From an uncultured bacterium (lineage in GTDB: Bacteria > SAR324 > NAC60-12): a stretch of 29,091 nucleotides of DNA. Location: contig CBFIJD010000037.1 in assembly GCA_965662845.1 (NCBI GenBank), forward strand, positions 1-29,091, written 5' to 3'. Below, piece by piece: positions 1 to 8,550 of this stretch; the stretch's first letter is position 1, and every line of letters starts with the position of its first letter. A program made the translations under genes and the position numbers. The notes under the pieces are model-generated. The model had not been told where the DNA came from. It worked only from the letters and a program-made list of their open reading frames with translations, and made no database searches.

Positions 1-1
1 C

Positions 2-811
2 ACTGAGCGGGGACGCACCATCACGATGCAAGCGCTGGAAGCCGGCGCCGTCGACTTTGTGCAAAAACCCAGCGCCGACACGCGGCAAAGCATGGAGAGC
101 GTGCTCGCAGAGCTACGCCAAAAAGTCAAAACGGCGGCCACGATTGACGTCAGTCACTGGAAGGGGCGACGCCCTACCACTGCGGTTGCGACACCCAGCC
201 CGGCCTCCCGCACCATCCCCATCAATGTGAACCTCGCGAACAAAATCATCGCGATTGGCGCGTCTACCGGAGGAGTGGAGGCCATCAATCAGGTCATCTC
301 TCGCTTGCCGGCGACCTTGCCGGGCATTGTGATTGTCCAGCACATGCCGGCTGGGTTCACCAACACCTTTGCTCGGCGGCTCAATGAGCTCACTCAGATG
401 CATGTTGCCGAAGCGGTGAGTGGGAGCGTGATTCAGCCAGGGCATGTGTATCTGGCGCCTGGCGACGAACATCTGCGAGTGCGGCGCGTCTCAGGACAGC
501 TACAAGTGGAGTGTTCGACAGGAGAGAAAGTTTGTGGGCACCGTCCTTCCGTCGAAGTGTTGTTCCGCTCTGTGGCGCAGGTGCTAGGCGCCCAAGCGAT
601 CGGCGTGATGTTGACGGGGATGGGGAGCGACGGGGCAGACGGCATGGTCGCGATGCGGCAAGCAGGCGCGAGAACGCTGGCCCAAGACCAAAAATCGTCG
701 GTTGTGTTTGGCATGCCTGCAGAAGCCTTCCACCGAGGCGGAGCAGAAAAGCTGGTGCCTCTGGATCAGATCGCCAACCAAATTGTTCATTTGTTACAAA
801 GTATGAAATAG
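2..811 (+). CDS. cheB: Chemotaxis protein-glutamate methylesterase CheB, C-terminal catalytic domain; 5' end truncated by window edge
   Basis: ORF 26..811 stays open in frame back to base 2. Motifs IIAIGASTGGVEA, IVIVQHMPAGFT and GMGSDGADG are typical of the CheB methylesterase domain. The leading LEAGAVDFVQKP resembles the end of a receiver domain. Confidence 0.85.
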   Translation, partial: TERGRTITMQALEAGAVDFVQKPSADTRQSMESVLAELRQKVKTAATIDVSHWKGRRPTTAVATPSPASRTIPINVNLANKIIAIGASTGGVEAINQVISRLPATLPGIVIVQHMPAGFTNTFARRLNELTQMHVAEAVSGSVIQPGHVYLAPGDEHLRVRRVSGQLQVECSTGEKVCGHRPSVEVLFRSVAQVLGAQAIGVMLTGMGSDGADGMVAMRQAGARTLAQDQKSSVVFGMPAEAFHRGGAEKLVPLDQIANQIVHLLQSMK

Positions 812-1157
812 CGCCCATGCCTAAATTCGCGGAAAGTGTGTTTGAGCTCGAGGCCGCTCATGCCTTCGCAGAGACGTCTCCTGCCGAAACGTAGCAAGCG
901 TACTGTCTGCAAAAGTTGTATTCTCAGCTCAACGAGCTGGAGAGACCGTGGCAGCATCTGAGGCAAAATCCGCTCACCAAGATCGCAGAGTCAGCGCTGA
1001 CGCTGCCCGAAAAATTCAGTTGCTGCTGACCAGCATGAGCCCATATTTCAACCTACAGATTTATGCCGGCCCCGGGGTTGGCAAACAAGTCTTCACGACA
1101 ACCATTAAGCAAAATTTGCAGTCGTTAGTACAGCGACTGCTGCAATAGAGAAAGAGC

Positions 1158-2132
1158 ATGGCAGCCGTTGATTGTTTGATTGTTGGAGCAGGAATTTCAG
1201 GGCTGATGGCCGCGCGCGCGTTGCAGAGTGCTCTCTGCGACGTCCTCGTCGTAGACAAAGGACGGGGTGTCGGCGGGCGCATGAGCACGCGGCGTTTTGA
1301 TAATCATCGCCTAGATCATGGAGCCCAGTTTTTCACCGTTCGGAGCGACGCGCTCAGAGAGTATGTCGCGCAGTGGCAAGCCGACGGGGTTGTCCAAGAG
1401 TGGTGCCGAGGCTTTCGGGATGCGGAAGATGGTCACCCTCGTTATCGCGGGTCTGATGGCATGAATGCGATCCCTAAGGCGCTGGCACAAGGACTAGAAG
1501 TGCGCACCGAGCACAAGGTGACCTCAGCGCGTGAGGTGGGAAATGAGTGGGAAATTTCTTTTGAAGAACAACCGCCCGTGCGAGCTCGAGCCCTCTTGAT
1601 CACCGCCCCGGTTCCTCAAACATTGGCCATGCTGCAAGCGGGAGGAGTCACGCTCCCCCCAGCTACGGAGACGGCGCTAGGCCGCATCGAATACGACCCC
1701 TGCCTCGCGTTGATGGTCTTGCCCGATGTCCCCCTGCGCATGCCGTCAACCGGCGCCTTTCAGTGGAATTGTGAGCCGATCCAATTCATGTCTGACAACG
1801 CGCGCAAAGGGCTCCCCAATCCCGGCCAAGCCTTGACCATTCACCTCGCTCCCAAGTTCAGCCGGCAATACTGGGACGCCCCCGCTGAGGCTGTTCTCGC
1901 TGAAGTGCAAGCGCATCTCTCCCTACAAAACATCTCCTTGCAGACCTCCCGCTATCAACTACACCGCTGGCGCTACAGTCAACCATCTGTCCTCCACGAG
2001 GCCAACCATCTCTGTGCAGGCACAGACGCGCCGCTTTACTTCGCCGGCGACGCGTTCGCGGGGCCTCGAGTTGAAGGGGCAGCGCTCTCTGGCATCGCAG
2101 CAGGGCAGGCCCTCTCTCAATTGTTTCACTGA
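1158..2132 (+). CDS. NAD(P)/FAD-dependent oxidoreductase (amine-oxidase/renalase-like)
   Basis: N-terminal Rossmann dinucleotide-binding motif DCLIVGAGISGLMAA...VVDKGRGVGGR. C-terminal YFAGDAF..G.VEGA motif of the flavin amine oxidase fold. Purine-rich region GAGAAAGAG 7 nt before the ATG. Confidence 0.75.
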   Translation: MAAVDCLIVGAGISGLMAARALQSALCDVLVVDKGRGVGGRMSTRRFDNHRLDHGAQFFTVRSDALREYVAQWQADGVVQEWCRGFRDAEDGHPRYRGSDGMNAIPKALAQGLEVRTEHKVTSAREVGNEWEISFEEQPPVRARALLITAPVPQTLAMLQAGGVTLPPATETALGRIEYDPCLALMVLPDVPLRMPSTGAFQWNCEPIQFMSDNARKGLPNPGQALTIHLAPKFSRQYWDAPAEAVLAEVQAHLSLQNISLQTSRYQLHRWRYSQPSVLHEANHLCAGTDAPLYFAGDAFAGPRVEGAALSGIAAGQALSQLFH

Positions 2133-2181
2133 CATCAAAAAGTAGACGCTGGAGCACAGAAGTCCTCCAGCTGTGGCAGGT

Positions 2182-2748
2182 TTACTGAGAGCTGCTCGGA
2201 GCCACGGGTGCCTCCGTAGGCAGGGAGGCCTCAGGCGCTGGTGCAGTGGGGGCGGTCGCTTCTGGGACAGAGGAGCGCGGCTCTGCCGCTTCGGTGGCTT
2301 CAGGAGCCGCTGGGGATGGTTCTAGTTCCACAGGTGGCAGGGCTGGGGCCTCGGTCTGCTCCAGCTCCACATCCGGTTCTGCAGGAGCCTCTTCTTCCGG
2401 TAGCGGAGCCGCAGGGAGCGCAGCGTCGCCGGCGGGCAGCGGGATCTCAGCTTGAGGAGGGGGCAGCACACCTCCGGGGACTTCTGGGAGAGTCTGAAGC
2501 TCTTTCAAGACGGAGTCGCTCGCTCGCTCAGAAGACATGTAAGCGAGGGTGAGAGAGGACGTCATGAACAACACCGCCAAAACGGTGGTGGCTTTGCCAA
2601 TGCCTGTCATCGGCGAGCGCGTGGATTGCGCCTGCCCGACTCCGCCGAAAGCCGCGCCAAGCTCGGCGCCTTTTCCGGATTGCATCAGCACAAAGAAGAT
2701 GAGGAGAAGACAGATAAAAACGTGGATGATGAGCAGTAAAGTGAACAT
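2182..2748 (-). CDS. secG: Preprotein translocase subunit SecG with long Pro/Ala/Glu-rich C-terminal extension
   Basis: The first ~72 aa (LLLIFFVLMQSGKGAELGAAFGG...TTVLAVLFMTSSLTLAYM) match the two-TM SecG family. It is followed by a ~115-aa low-complexity PEA-rich tail. It lies immediately downstream of tpiA, which is conserved tpiA-secG synteny. Confidence 0.85.
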   Translation of the reverse strand: MFTLLLIIHVFICLLLIFFVLMQSGKGAELGAAFGGVGQAQSTRSPMTGIGKATTVLAVLFMTSSLTLAYMSSERASDSVLKELQTLPEVPGGVLPPPQAEIPLPAGDAALPAAPLPEEEAPAEPDVELEQTEAPALPPVELEPSPAAPEATEAAEPRSSVPEATAPTAPAPEASLPTEAPVAPSSSQ

Positions 2749-2773
2749 AGAAGAAAGTCTTGAGAGGAAAAAA

Positions 2774-3517
2774 TCAGGCGGCTTGAACGATTGCGGCGAA
2801 ATCTTCTGGCTTGAGACTCGCGCCCCCGACCAAAGCCCCGTCGATGTCGCTCATCGCGAGGAGTTCTTTCGCATTATTGGGTTTGACGCTGCCTCCGTAG
2901 AGAATCTGCATCTGCTCGGCGACGTCTGCGCTGGCCAGCGCGGAAATCAGGCCACGGATGTGGCGGTGCATGTCGTTCGCTTGCTCAGGGGTCGCGGTGT
3001 GTCCGGTACCAATTGCCCACACCGGCTCATAAGCGATCACACAGCGTCGCAGGTCATCAAGCGCGATGTCGCTGAGTCCGGTGGTGATTTGTGAACTCAC
3101 GATGGCTTCTTGCTCTCCTGCTTCGCGCTCTTGCAGCGTTTCGCCCACACAATAAATGGGGTGAATTGCCGACTGTAGCAAGCGCTTGATCTTCTTGTGA
3201 ATCAGAGCGTTGTCTTCCTGAAAATATTGGCGGCGCTCCGAGTGCCCCACAATGCAATAGCTCACACCGCACTCTTTCAACATTGAGACCGCAACTTCTC
3301 CAGTGTAAGCCCCCGACACTTCCTCATGAACATTCTGAGCGCCCAACATGACGGGGCTCTCTTGCAGCGCATCCGCAGAGACGCCTAGAAGCGGGAAGGG
3401 CGGGCAGATCACCATGTGAGCCGTAGTCGAAAGCGACCGCAGAGCATCAACCATCGGTTGAATCAACTCGCGGTTGCCGTTCATTTTCCAGTTGCCAGCA
3501 ATCAGAGGAGTACGCAC
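2774..3517 (-). CDS. tpiA: Triose-phosphate isomerase
   Basis: Begins (GTG)RTPLIAGNWKMNG, the canonical TpiA N-terminus, and contains the GHSERR and AYEPVWAIGTG active-site motifs. GTG at 3517 is preferred over the upstream ATG at 3586: GAGG lies 8 nt upstream, and the ATG would add a hydrophobic 23-aa extension not seen in TIM. Confidence 0.9.
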   Translation of the reverse strand: MRTPLIAGNWKMNGNRELIQPMVDALRSLSTTAHMVICPPFPLLGVSADALQESPVMLGAQNVHEEVSGAYTGEVAVSMLKECGVSYCIVGHSERRQYFQEDNALIHKKIKRLLQSAIHPIYCVGETLQEREAGEQEAIVSSQITTGLSDIALDDLRRCVIAYEPVWAIGTGHTATPEQANDMHRHIRGLISALASADVAEQMQILYGGSVKPNNAKELLAMSDIDGALVGGASLKPEDFAAIVQAA

Positions 3518-3628
3518 AGGAACCTCAAGGAGGGGGTTGATCTTCCAAGTGAGGAGAAGCAGGAAAAAAAGTGCGACAAACTGCAAGACTTCCTCTGAAA
3601 GAGCAAGCCTATTTCTTTGCTTGCCGCC

Positions 3629-4387
3629 TCACCACGGAATTTTCTCTCCATCCCACGCCACCAGCTCGCCCAGCGGGTTTTTCGTCGTTTTCTCCAGCGA
3701 CTCCATCATCGACGCGACGCTGTACTCGACGGTGAACAGTTTTTCGGCAGCCACATTCTTCTGAAAGGGCGCCGAGAGGTTCGTCGCCACCGTCCCAGGA
3801 TGTAGCGCGACTACCTTGGTCTGTGGCGCAACGCGGTGAAACTCAATCGCGATGTTGCTCATCAACATGTTCAAAGCGGCTTTAGAAGCCCGATAGCTGT
3901 ACCACCCGCCGGCGCGGTTGTCGGCAATGCTGCCCACGCGCGCAGAAATGGCGGCGAAGATGCTGGGAGAGGGATGACGAAACAAGCGATGAAGATGCTT
4001 CGCAAGGAAAACCGTTGGGAGCGTGTTGACTCGCATCGCCTCATGCATCTGTTCTGCGTTGATTTGACGGAGGCTTTTTTCAGGGCCATGTTGATCGTTG
4101 TGCAGGTATCCCACACAATTGATCAGAAAGTGCAGACTCCCCGCTTGTTCCTTGATTTGCACAGCGATGCGCTCCACATCCGCCTCTTGTGTGACATCAC
4201 CAGAGAGCACCCGAACGCGCCCCGATGAGCTGTCTTGGAGGTGTTGCAGCTCCGTCGCCTTCTCCGGATTCCGACAGACAGCGAAGATCGGAGCGTAGTC
4301 GCTGTGTTCGAGCAGGTGCTTAACAAACCCCCAGCCTAAGCCTCGGGCGGCGCCGACTACCAGCGCAGGTTTGAGCTTTTCAGACAT
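3629..4387 (-). CDS. SDR-family short-chain dehydrogenase/reductase
   Basis: N-terminal cofactor-binding VVGAARGLGWG motif. Catalytic YSYRASKAALN (YxxxK) motif. Length ~250 aa is typical of classical SDRs. Confidence 0.8.
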   Translation of the reverse strand: MSEKLKPALVVGAARGLGWGFVKHLLEHSDYAPIFAVCRNPEKATELQHLQDSSSGRVRVLSGDVTQEADVERIAVQIKEQAGSLHFLINCVGYLHNDQHGPEKSLRQINAEQMHEAMRVNTLPTVFLAKHLHRLFRHPSPSIFAAISARVGSIADNRAGGWYSYRASKAALNMLMSNIAIEFHRVAPQTKVVALHPGTVATNLSAPFQKNVAAEKLFTVEYSVASMMESLEKTTKNPLGELVAWDGEKIPW

Positions 4388-4447
4388 GAACTCTCTCGGC
4401 AGCAGGATTCACAATCGCGTTTCAATGACGCTAATGGCAGCAGTGTA

Positions 4448-5371
4448 TCAACGTCGTGGCGAAAGGGAATCATAGAGGGCGAGATAACTTTGATAGCGCA
4501 CGTCTTGGATCCGCTGCGCTTGCACGGCAGCTTTCACAGCGCAGTCGGGCTCATGTCGGTGTGTGCAGTTGGGAAACCGACAGCCCACGCGGTCTACAAA
4601 CTCCACGAAGTATTGATCTAACTCCTCGGCCTGCACGCCCCACGGACGCAGCTCACGAACTCCTGGCGTATCCACCAGATATCCGCCTTCGGGCAAAGGA
4701 AACATCTCCGCCAACGTCGTCGTGTGTCGCCCTTTTCCAATTTTTTGATTGACCGCCCCCACCCGAATCTCCCAGTCCGGAAACAGCGCTTTCACCAGAG
4801 AAGATTTCCCCACCCCCGAGTGCCCTGCCAGCACCGAAGTCTGGAGGTGAAGTTGCTCGCGGACCGCGTCGAGCAGCGTCCCCTGCAACGCGCTCACCGT
4901 GAGCACCACGTATCCCAAATGACGATACAGCTCCGCGATGTTCTGCGTCTGCGCTTCTGTCGCAAGATCAATCTTGTTCAAGACAATCACAGGCTCTAGC
5001 CCCCCTGCCAACCCCGCCACGATCAGGCGATCCACCACACCATGCCGAAATGTGGGCTGACGCACCGCAGCCACAATCAGCAGCTGATTGGCGTTGGCCA
5101 CCAAGACCTGGCGAATCTCTCGCTCTGGAATGTTGCGAGCCAGCTCCGTCGTGCGCGGCTCAATCCGATAGATCAAACCCGCGTCTTCCGCCGCTTCTGG
5201 ATCCGCTTCTACACGATCGCCAACCGCAATCTTTTCGTCGTAGCGGCTCTCTTGAAACAAGTTGCCTTTCACACGACACAGGCGGGGCTCTCCGTCTGCA
5301 AAAGAGACGTAATAAAAACTCTTTGTACGTTTGCGTACGATCCCAATCTGCTTCATTTGGGCCGTGACCAT
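4448..5371 (-). CDS. rsgA: Ribosome small-subunit-dependent GTPase A (RsgA/YjeQ)
   Basis: Circularly permuted GTPase motifs LNKIDL then GHSGVGKSSL then DTPG. C-terminal zinc-finger cysteines CRFPNCTHRHEPDCAV are characteristic of RsgA. Confidence 0.85.
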   Translation of the reverse strand: MVTAQMKQIGIVRKRTKSFYYVSFADGEPRLCRVKGNLFQESRYDEKIAVGDRVEADPEAAEDAGLIYRIEPRTTELARNIPEREIRQVLVANANQLLIVAAVRQPTFRHGVVDRLIVAGLAGGLEPVIVLNKIDLATEAQTQNIAELYRHLGYVVLTVSALQGTLLDAVREQLHLQTSVLAGHSGVGKSSLVKALFPDWEIRVGAVNQKIGKGRHTTTLAEMFPLPEGGYLVDTPGVRELRPWGVQAEELDQYFVEFVDRVGCRFPNCTHRHEPDCAVKAAVQAQRIQDVRYQSYLALYDSLSPRR

Positions 5372-5425
5372 CAGAAAGTAGTGAAGCGAGCCGCGTTGCG
5401 TTCAGACAGAGCCCAGGCGCTGGGC

Positions 5426-7546
5426 TCAAGAGGCCGCGTGATGAACCTTCCAAACTCGATGAATTCTGGGATTGCGCTGAAAATCGGGCGGGAGCAACTC
5501 GGCGTCTAACGCCTCGAAATGCAAGTGAGGTAAGGCCTCTTCCTCCAATCGAAAGCGCCGATGATTCGTCGAGAAAATCAGAGTGCCTGCCGGAGTTAAC
5601 AGACGGGAGACATGACGCAACAACTCCACATGATCGCGTTGCACGTCCCAAGTCTCCTGCATCGATTTCGAGTTAGAGAACGTAGGCGGGTCGAGAAAAA
5701 TCAGATCAAACAGCTGCCGTTGGCCTTTGACCCACTCCAAACAATTCGCATGGACGCATTGGTGCCGATGTTCGTTCAATTGATTCAACCGTAAGTTGTC
5801 TCGGGCCCAACCCAAGTAAGTCTTTGACAAATCCACCGAGACGCTGCGCTCTGCGCCTCCTAACGCTGCAGCGACCGTGACGCTCCCCGTGTAGCAAAAC
5901 AAGTTCAGAAAGCGAGTCCCTTCCGCTAAGTTCTGCACATATTTGCGAGTTAAGCGGTGATCTAAAAACAGGCCCGTGTCCAAATAGTCACGCAAATTCA
6001 CCCAAAATTTTGCGTTGTTTTCCTGCACCACAAAACGATCTCGCGAGCTCGCCAGCTTTTCGTATTGTTGCCTTCCCTTTTGGCGACTGCGGCGTTTGGT
6101 GACCAGCTTGTCTTCGGGCACGCCAAAGACCTCCGTCACTCCCGCTAAGACTTCCAACCAGCGCGTCTCTGCCGCAAGGACATCGACGTCTTTGGGAGGG
6201 TCATACTCCTGCACTTGGACCCACTCTCCATAACGATCTACCGCGACTCCATACTCTGGAATGTCTTTGTCATACGCTCGAAAGCACTCCACCTGATCCC
6301 GTTTGAGCCATGGCTTGAGCTTCTTCAAATTCTTGCGGAGGCGGTTCGTGAACGGGTTCTCTGCGGTCACTTCAAGAGCGGTGGGCGTCTGCGTCGTTTC
6401 TTTGGGCAGGTAGCGATAGAGCTGGCAATCCAGAGGACCGTTTTTGAAGGGGTGACGCTTGTCATAATAGAGCCCGATGTCTTGCGCAAGCGACTCTTCA
6501 CTGGTCAGGATGGCGACCTGCCAATTCGGGAAGCGTTGTTCGCGGAGCTGTCCCAACAAACGATACAGGCGAGGCAAATCGGGATCGCTTTGCAGCCGAT
6601 GCCCATAGGGAGGGTCTGTCAACAGAAGCCCCTGTGGCGCGGGAGGTTGCAGCTGAATCACTTCCAGTTGCTGCAACCTCGCTTGCTGCGCAAACCCCAA
6701 CTGTTGAAGGTGAACCTTTGCGCGATGCAAGGCTTCTTCGGAAGAGTCATAGCCGAACACGTGCGGAAGCCGCTGTTGCGCCTCGGCCTGGCGCGCTTGA
6801 GCGGCATCTAGCAGGCGTCGCCATAAGCTCGGTTGGTGCCCTCGCCACCCTTGAAAACCAAAGTAGGTGCGCAGCGTTCCAGGGGCGACCTCTCCAGCCA
6901 TGAGCAGCCCCTCCGTCAAGATCGTTCCGTCTCCGCAAAGCGGGTCTAGGAGGGGCCAGCCCTGCCGCGCCAGCCGAGGCCAGTCACATTGCCAAAGCAG
7001 AGCGGCGGCTAGGTTTTCTTTGAGCGTTGCCGTACCGATTTCCCGCCGATAGCCGCGCAGGTGCAGACTCTCTCCTGCAAAGTCGAGATACAGCGTCAGT
7101 TGTTTTCCTTGCAGGTGCGCCCAAACAGGCAGATCGGGGCGCTCTCGGGATACGTCAGGGCGTCGTTGATAGCGCTCCACAAAGCCGTCTGCAATCGCGT
7201 CTTTGATTTTGAGCGCCCCAAAGTGCGGATGCTTGACGAAGGCGTTGGTTCCATGGAAGGCAATCGCAAACGTGCCGTTGGGAGAGAGGTGCTCGTGCCA
7301 AGGGACTTCTCTCGCCACCTCATACAAGTCATCAGGAGCGTTGACCTCCGCCTGTTGCAGCGGCATCAGCACGCGATTCGCGAGGCGAGACCAGAGACAC
7401 ACTCGATAACCGGCTTCCAAGTCTGCCGCAAATTGGACTTTTCCTGCGGAAGGCTGCGCTCCTTGGATGCCCATTGCCCGCAGCTCTTGTGCAAGGAGCT
7501 TTTCGATGTGTAGAGGGCAGAGAACCACCCATTGAAAAGAGTTCAT
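5426..7546 (-). CDS. rlmL: Bifunctional 23S rRNA methyltransferase RlmKL (THUMP domain plus two SAM-dependent MTase domains)
   Basis: ~706 aa. N-terminal THUMP region, mid motif LLDPLCGDGTILTE...DPPYG, and a second MTase module FLNLFCYTGSVTV...FLDPPTFSNS. The ATG at 7546-7544 overlaps the tag stop codon as ATGA. The ORF-track ATG at 7573 would overlap tag by 30 nt. Confidence 0.85.
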   Translation of the reverse strand: MNSFQWVVLCPLHIEKLLAQELRAMGIQGAQPSAGKVQFAADLEAGYRVCLWSRLANRVLMPLQQAEVNAPDDLYEVAREVPWHEHLSPNGTFAIAFHGTNAFVKHPHFGALKIKDAIADGFVERYQRRPDVSRERPDLPVWAHLQGKQLTLYLDFAGESLHLRGYRREIGTATLKENLAAALLWQCDWPRLARQGWPLLDPLCGDGTILTEGLLMAGEVAPGTLRTYFGFQGWRGHQPSLWRRLLDAAQARQAEAQQRLPHVFGYDSSEEALHRAKVHLQQLGFAQQARLQQLEVIQLQPPAPQGLLLTDPPYGHRLQSDPDLPRLYRLLGQLREQRFPNWQVAILTSEESLAQDIGLYYDKRHPFKNGPLDCQLYRYLPKETTQTPTALEVTAENPFTNRLRKNLKKLKPWLKRDQVECFRAYDKDIPEYGVAVDRYGEWVQVQEYDPPKDVDVLAAETRWLEVLAGVTEVFGVPEDKLVTKRRSRQKGRQQYEKLASSRDRFVVQENNAKFWVNLRDYLDTGLFLDHRLTRKYVQNLAEGTRFLNLFCYTGSVTVAAALGGAERSVSVDLSKTYLGWARDNLRLNQLNEHRHQCVHANCLEWVKGQRQLFDLIFLDPPTFSNSKSMQETWDVQRDHVELLRHVSRLLTPAGTLIFSTNHRRFRLEEEALPHLHFEALDAELLPPDFQRNPRIHRVWKVHHAAS

Positions 7547-8094
7547 GCGTCCAGTGGAGGTGAGTTCAACCAAGGTGGGGAGAGTTCAATTTGACGCAAA
7601 AAAACAGGGCAGTCTGGATCATGTGGGGGGCGTAGGTACGCGATGCTCATCAAAAATTCCCCAATGATTTCTGGCCCAACAAAACGAAAACCTTGATCGC
7701 GGAAGAGCCTCACCCAGGCTACCAGTTCAAGCGGGTGAGACTGAGCCAACCAAGCCGCGAAGCCACCATGCGAGGCGCGGAATCGCTGAATTACCAGCGC
7801 GTTGTGTTGCAGCGCTTGCAGTTTGCGCTGATTGCGAATGATGGCCGGATTGTTTCGTAAAGAGTCGATCTCTTGAGGAGTGAGGGCGGCGACTCGATCA
7901 ACATCAAATTGGTGAAAGGCTTCTCTCAGGGCCCTCCGTTTTTTGAGGACGGTCAGCCAGCTCAAGCCGGCTTGCATGATCTCCAGAGCGAGGCGCTCGA
8001 ACAGCTGAGCTTCGTCGTGCAAAGGGAAGCCATACTCAAAGTCGTGGTAAGGCCCGTGGAAGGGGTGCCCCTGCGCCGTCTGGCAGTAGCTCAC
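7543..8094 (-). CDS. tag: DNA-3-methyladenine glycosylase I
   Basis: Aligns from residue 2 with E. coli Tag (YHDFEYGFP vs YHDNEWGVP; LEIMQAGLSWLTVLKKR vs LEGQQAGLSWITVLKKR), with zinc-binding C-terminal cysteines. GTG start overlaps the moaE TGA stop as GTGA. Confidence 0.85.
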   Translation of the reverse strand: MSYCQTAQGHPFHGPYHDFEYGFPLHDEAQLFERLALEIMQAGLSWLTVLKKRRALREAFHQFDVDRVAALTPQEIDSLRNNPAIIRNQRKLQALQHNALVIQRFRASHGGFAAWLAQSHPLELVAWVRLFRDQGFRFVGPEIIGEFLMSIAYLRPPHDPDCPVFLRQIELSPPWLNSPPLDA

Positions 8095-8546
8095 TCGGCT
8101 TCCTGTTGACGTCGCAGCTCGTCAAGGGACGAGGCTTCGCAACCTTCTACCCAGACCGCAGAACCGTCGGAGAAGTGTTCTTTTTTCCAAATCGGGACGG
8201 TTTTTTTCACCGTATCGATGATGTAGCGGCTGGCGTCGTAAGCGTCTCTTCGATGAGAGGTCGCCACCACAATCCCAATGGAGCAGTCCCGAATGCGCAT
8301 CTTCCCAAAGCGGTGAATGACTTCCGCATAGTGCAAGGGCCACTGTCGCTGGGCTTCGCTCACAATCTCTGCAATTTGGCGTTCGGCGAGAGCTTCATGC
8401 GCTTCATACTCCAAAAACTCGACTCCTTTGCCCTCACTGTGATTGCGAACGTCTCCTGAAAAGAGGAGCACGGCACCAGCGGCAGAGTGTTTAGCGCGCA
8501 GCAAGAGTCCGTGCAGATCAATTTCTTCGCGTGTGATGTGTTGCAT
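8091..8546 (-). CDS. moaE: Molybdopterin synthase catalytic subunit MoaE
   Basis: Motifs VLLFSGDVRNHSEG, HRRDAYDASRYIIDTVKKTVPIWKKE match MoaE. GAGAGGA SD lies 9 nt upstream. It starts 4 nt after the argS stop. Confidence 0.85.
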   Translation of the reverse strand: MQHITREEIDLHGLLLRAKHSAAGAVLLFSGDVRNHSEGKGVEFLEYEAHEALAERQIAEIVSEAQRQWPLHYAEVIHRFGKMRIRDCSIGIVVATSHRRDAYDASRYIIDTVKKTVPIWKKEHFSDGSAVWVEGCEASSLDELRRQQEAE

Positions 8547-8550
8547 ACGG

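Noticed and set aside
948-1148. 66-aa ORF (GTG start) ending 9 nt before the FAD oxidoreductase gene
   Set aside because: No recognisable motif, a weak start context and low complexity. It may be a real small coupled ORF, but this cannot be supported from sequence alone.
2148-2171. Inverted repeat GCTGGAG...CTCCAGC between convergent oxidoreductase and secG genes as a bidirectional terminator
   Set aside because: It has a 7-bp stem and ~10-nt loop but no flanking T/A tracts. It is plausible but too weak to call.
3518-3586. Upstream ATG start for tpiA giving a 23-aa hydrophobic N-terminal extension
   Set aside because: TIM proteins begin directly at M-R/K-x-P-(I/L)-IAGNWKMNG. A GTG at 3517 with GAGG 8 nt upstream reproduces that exactly.
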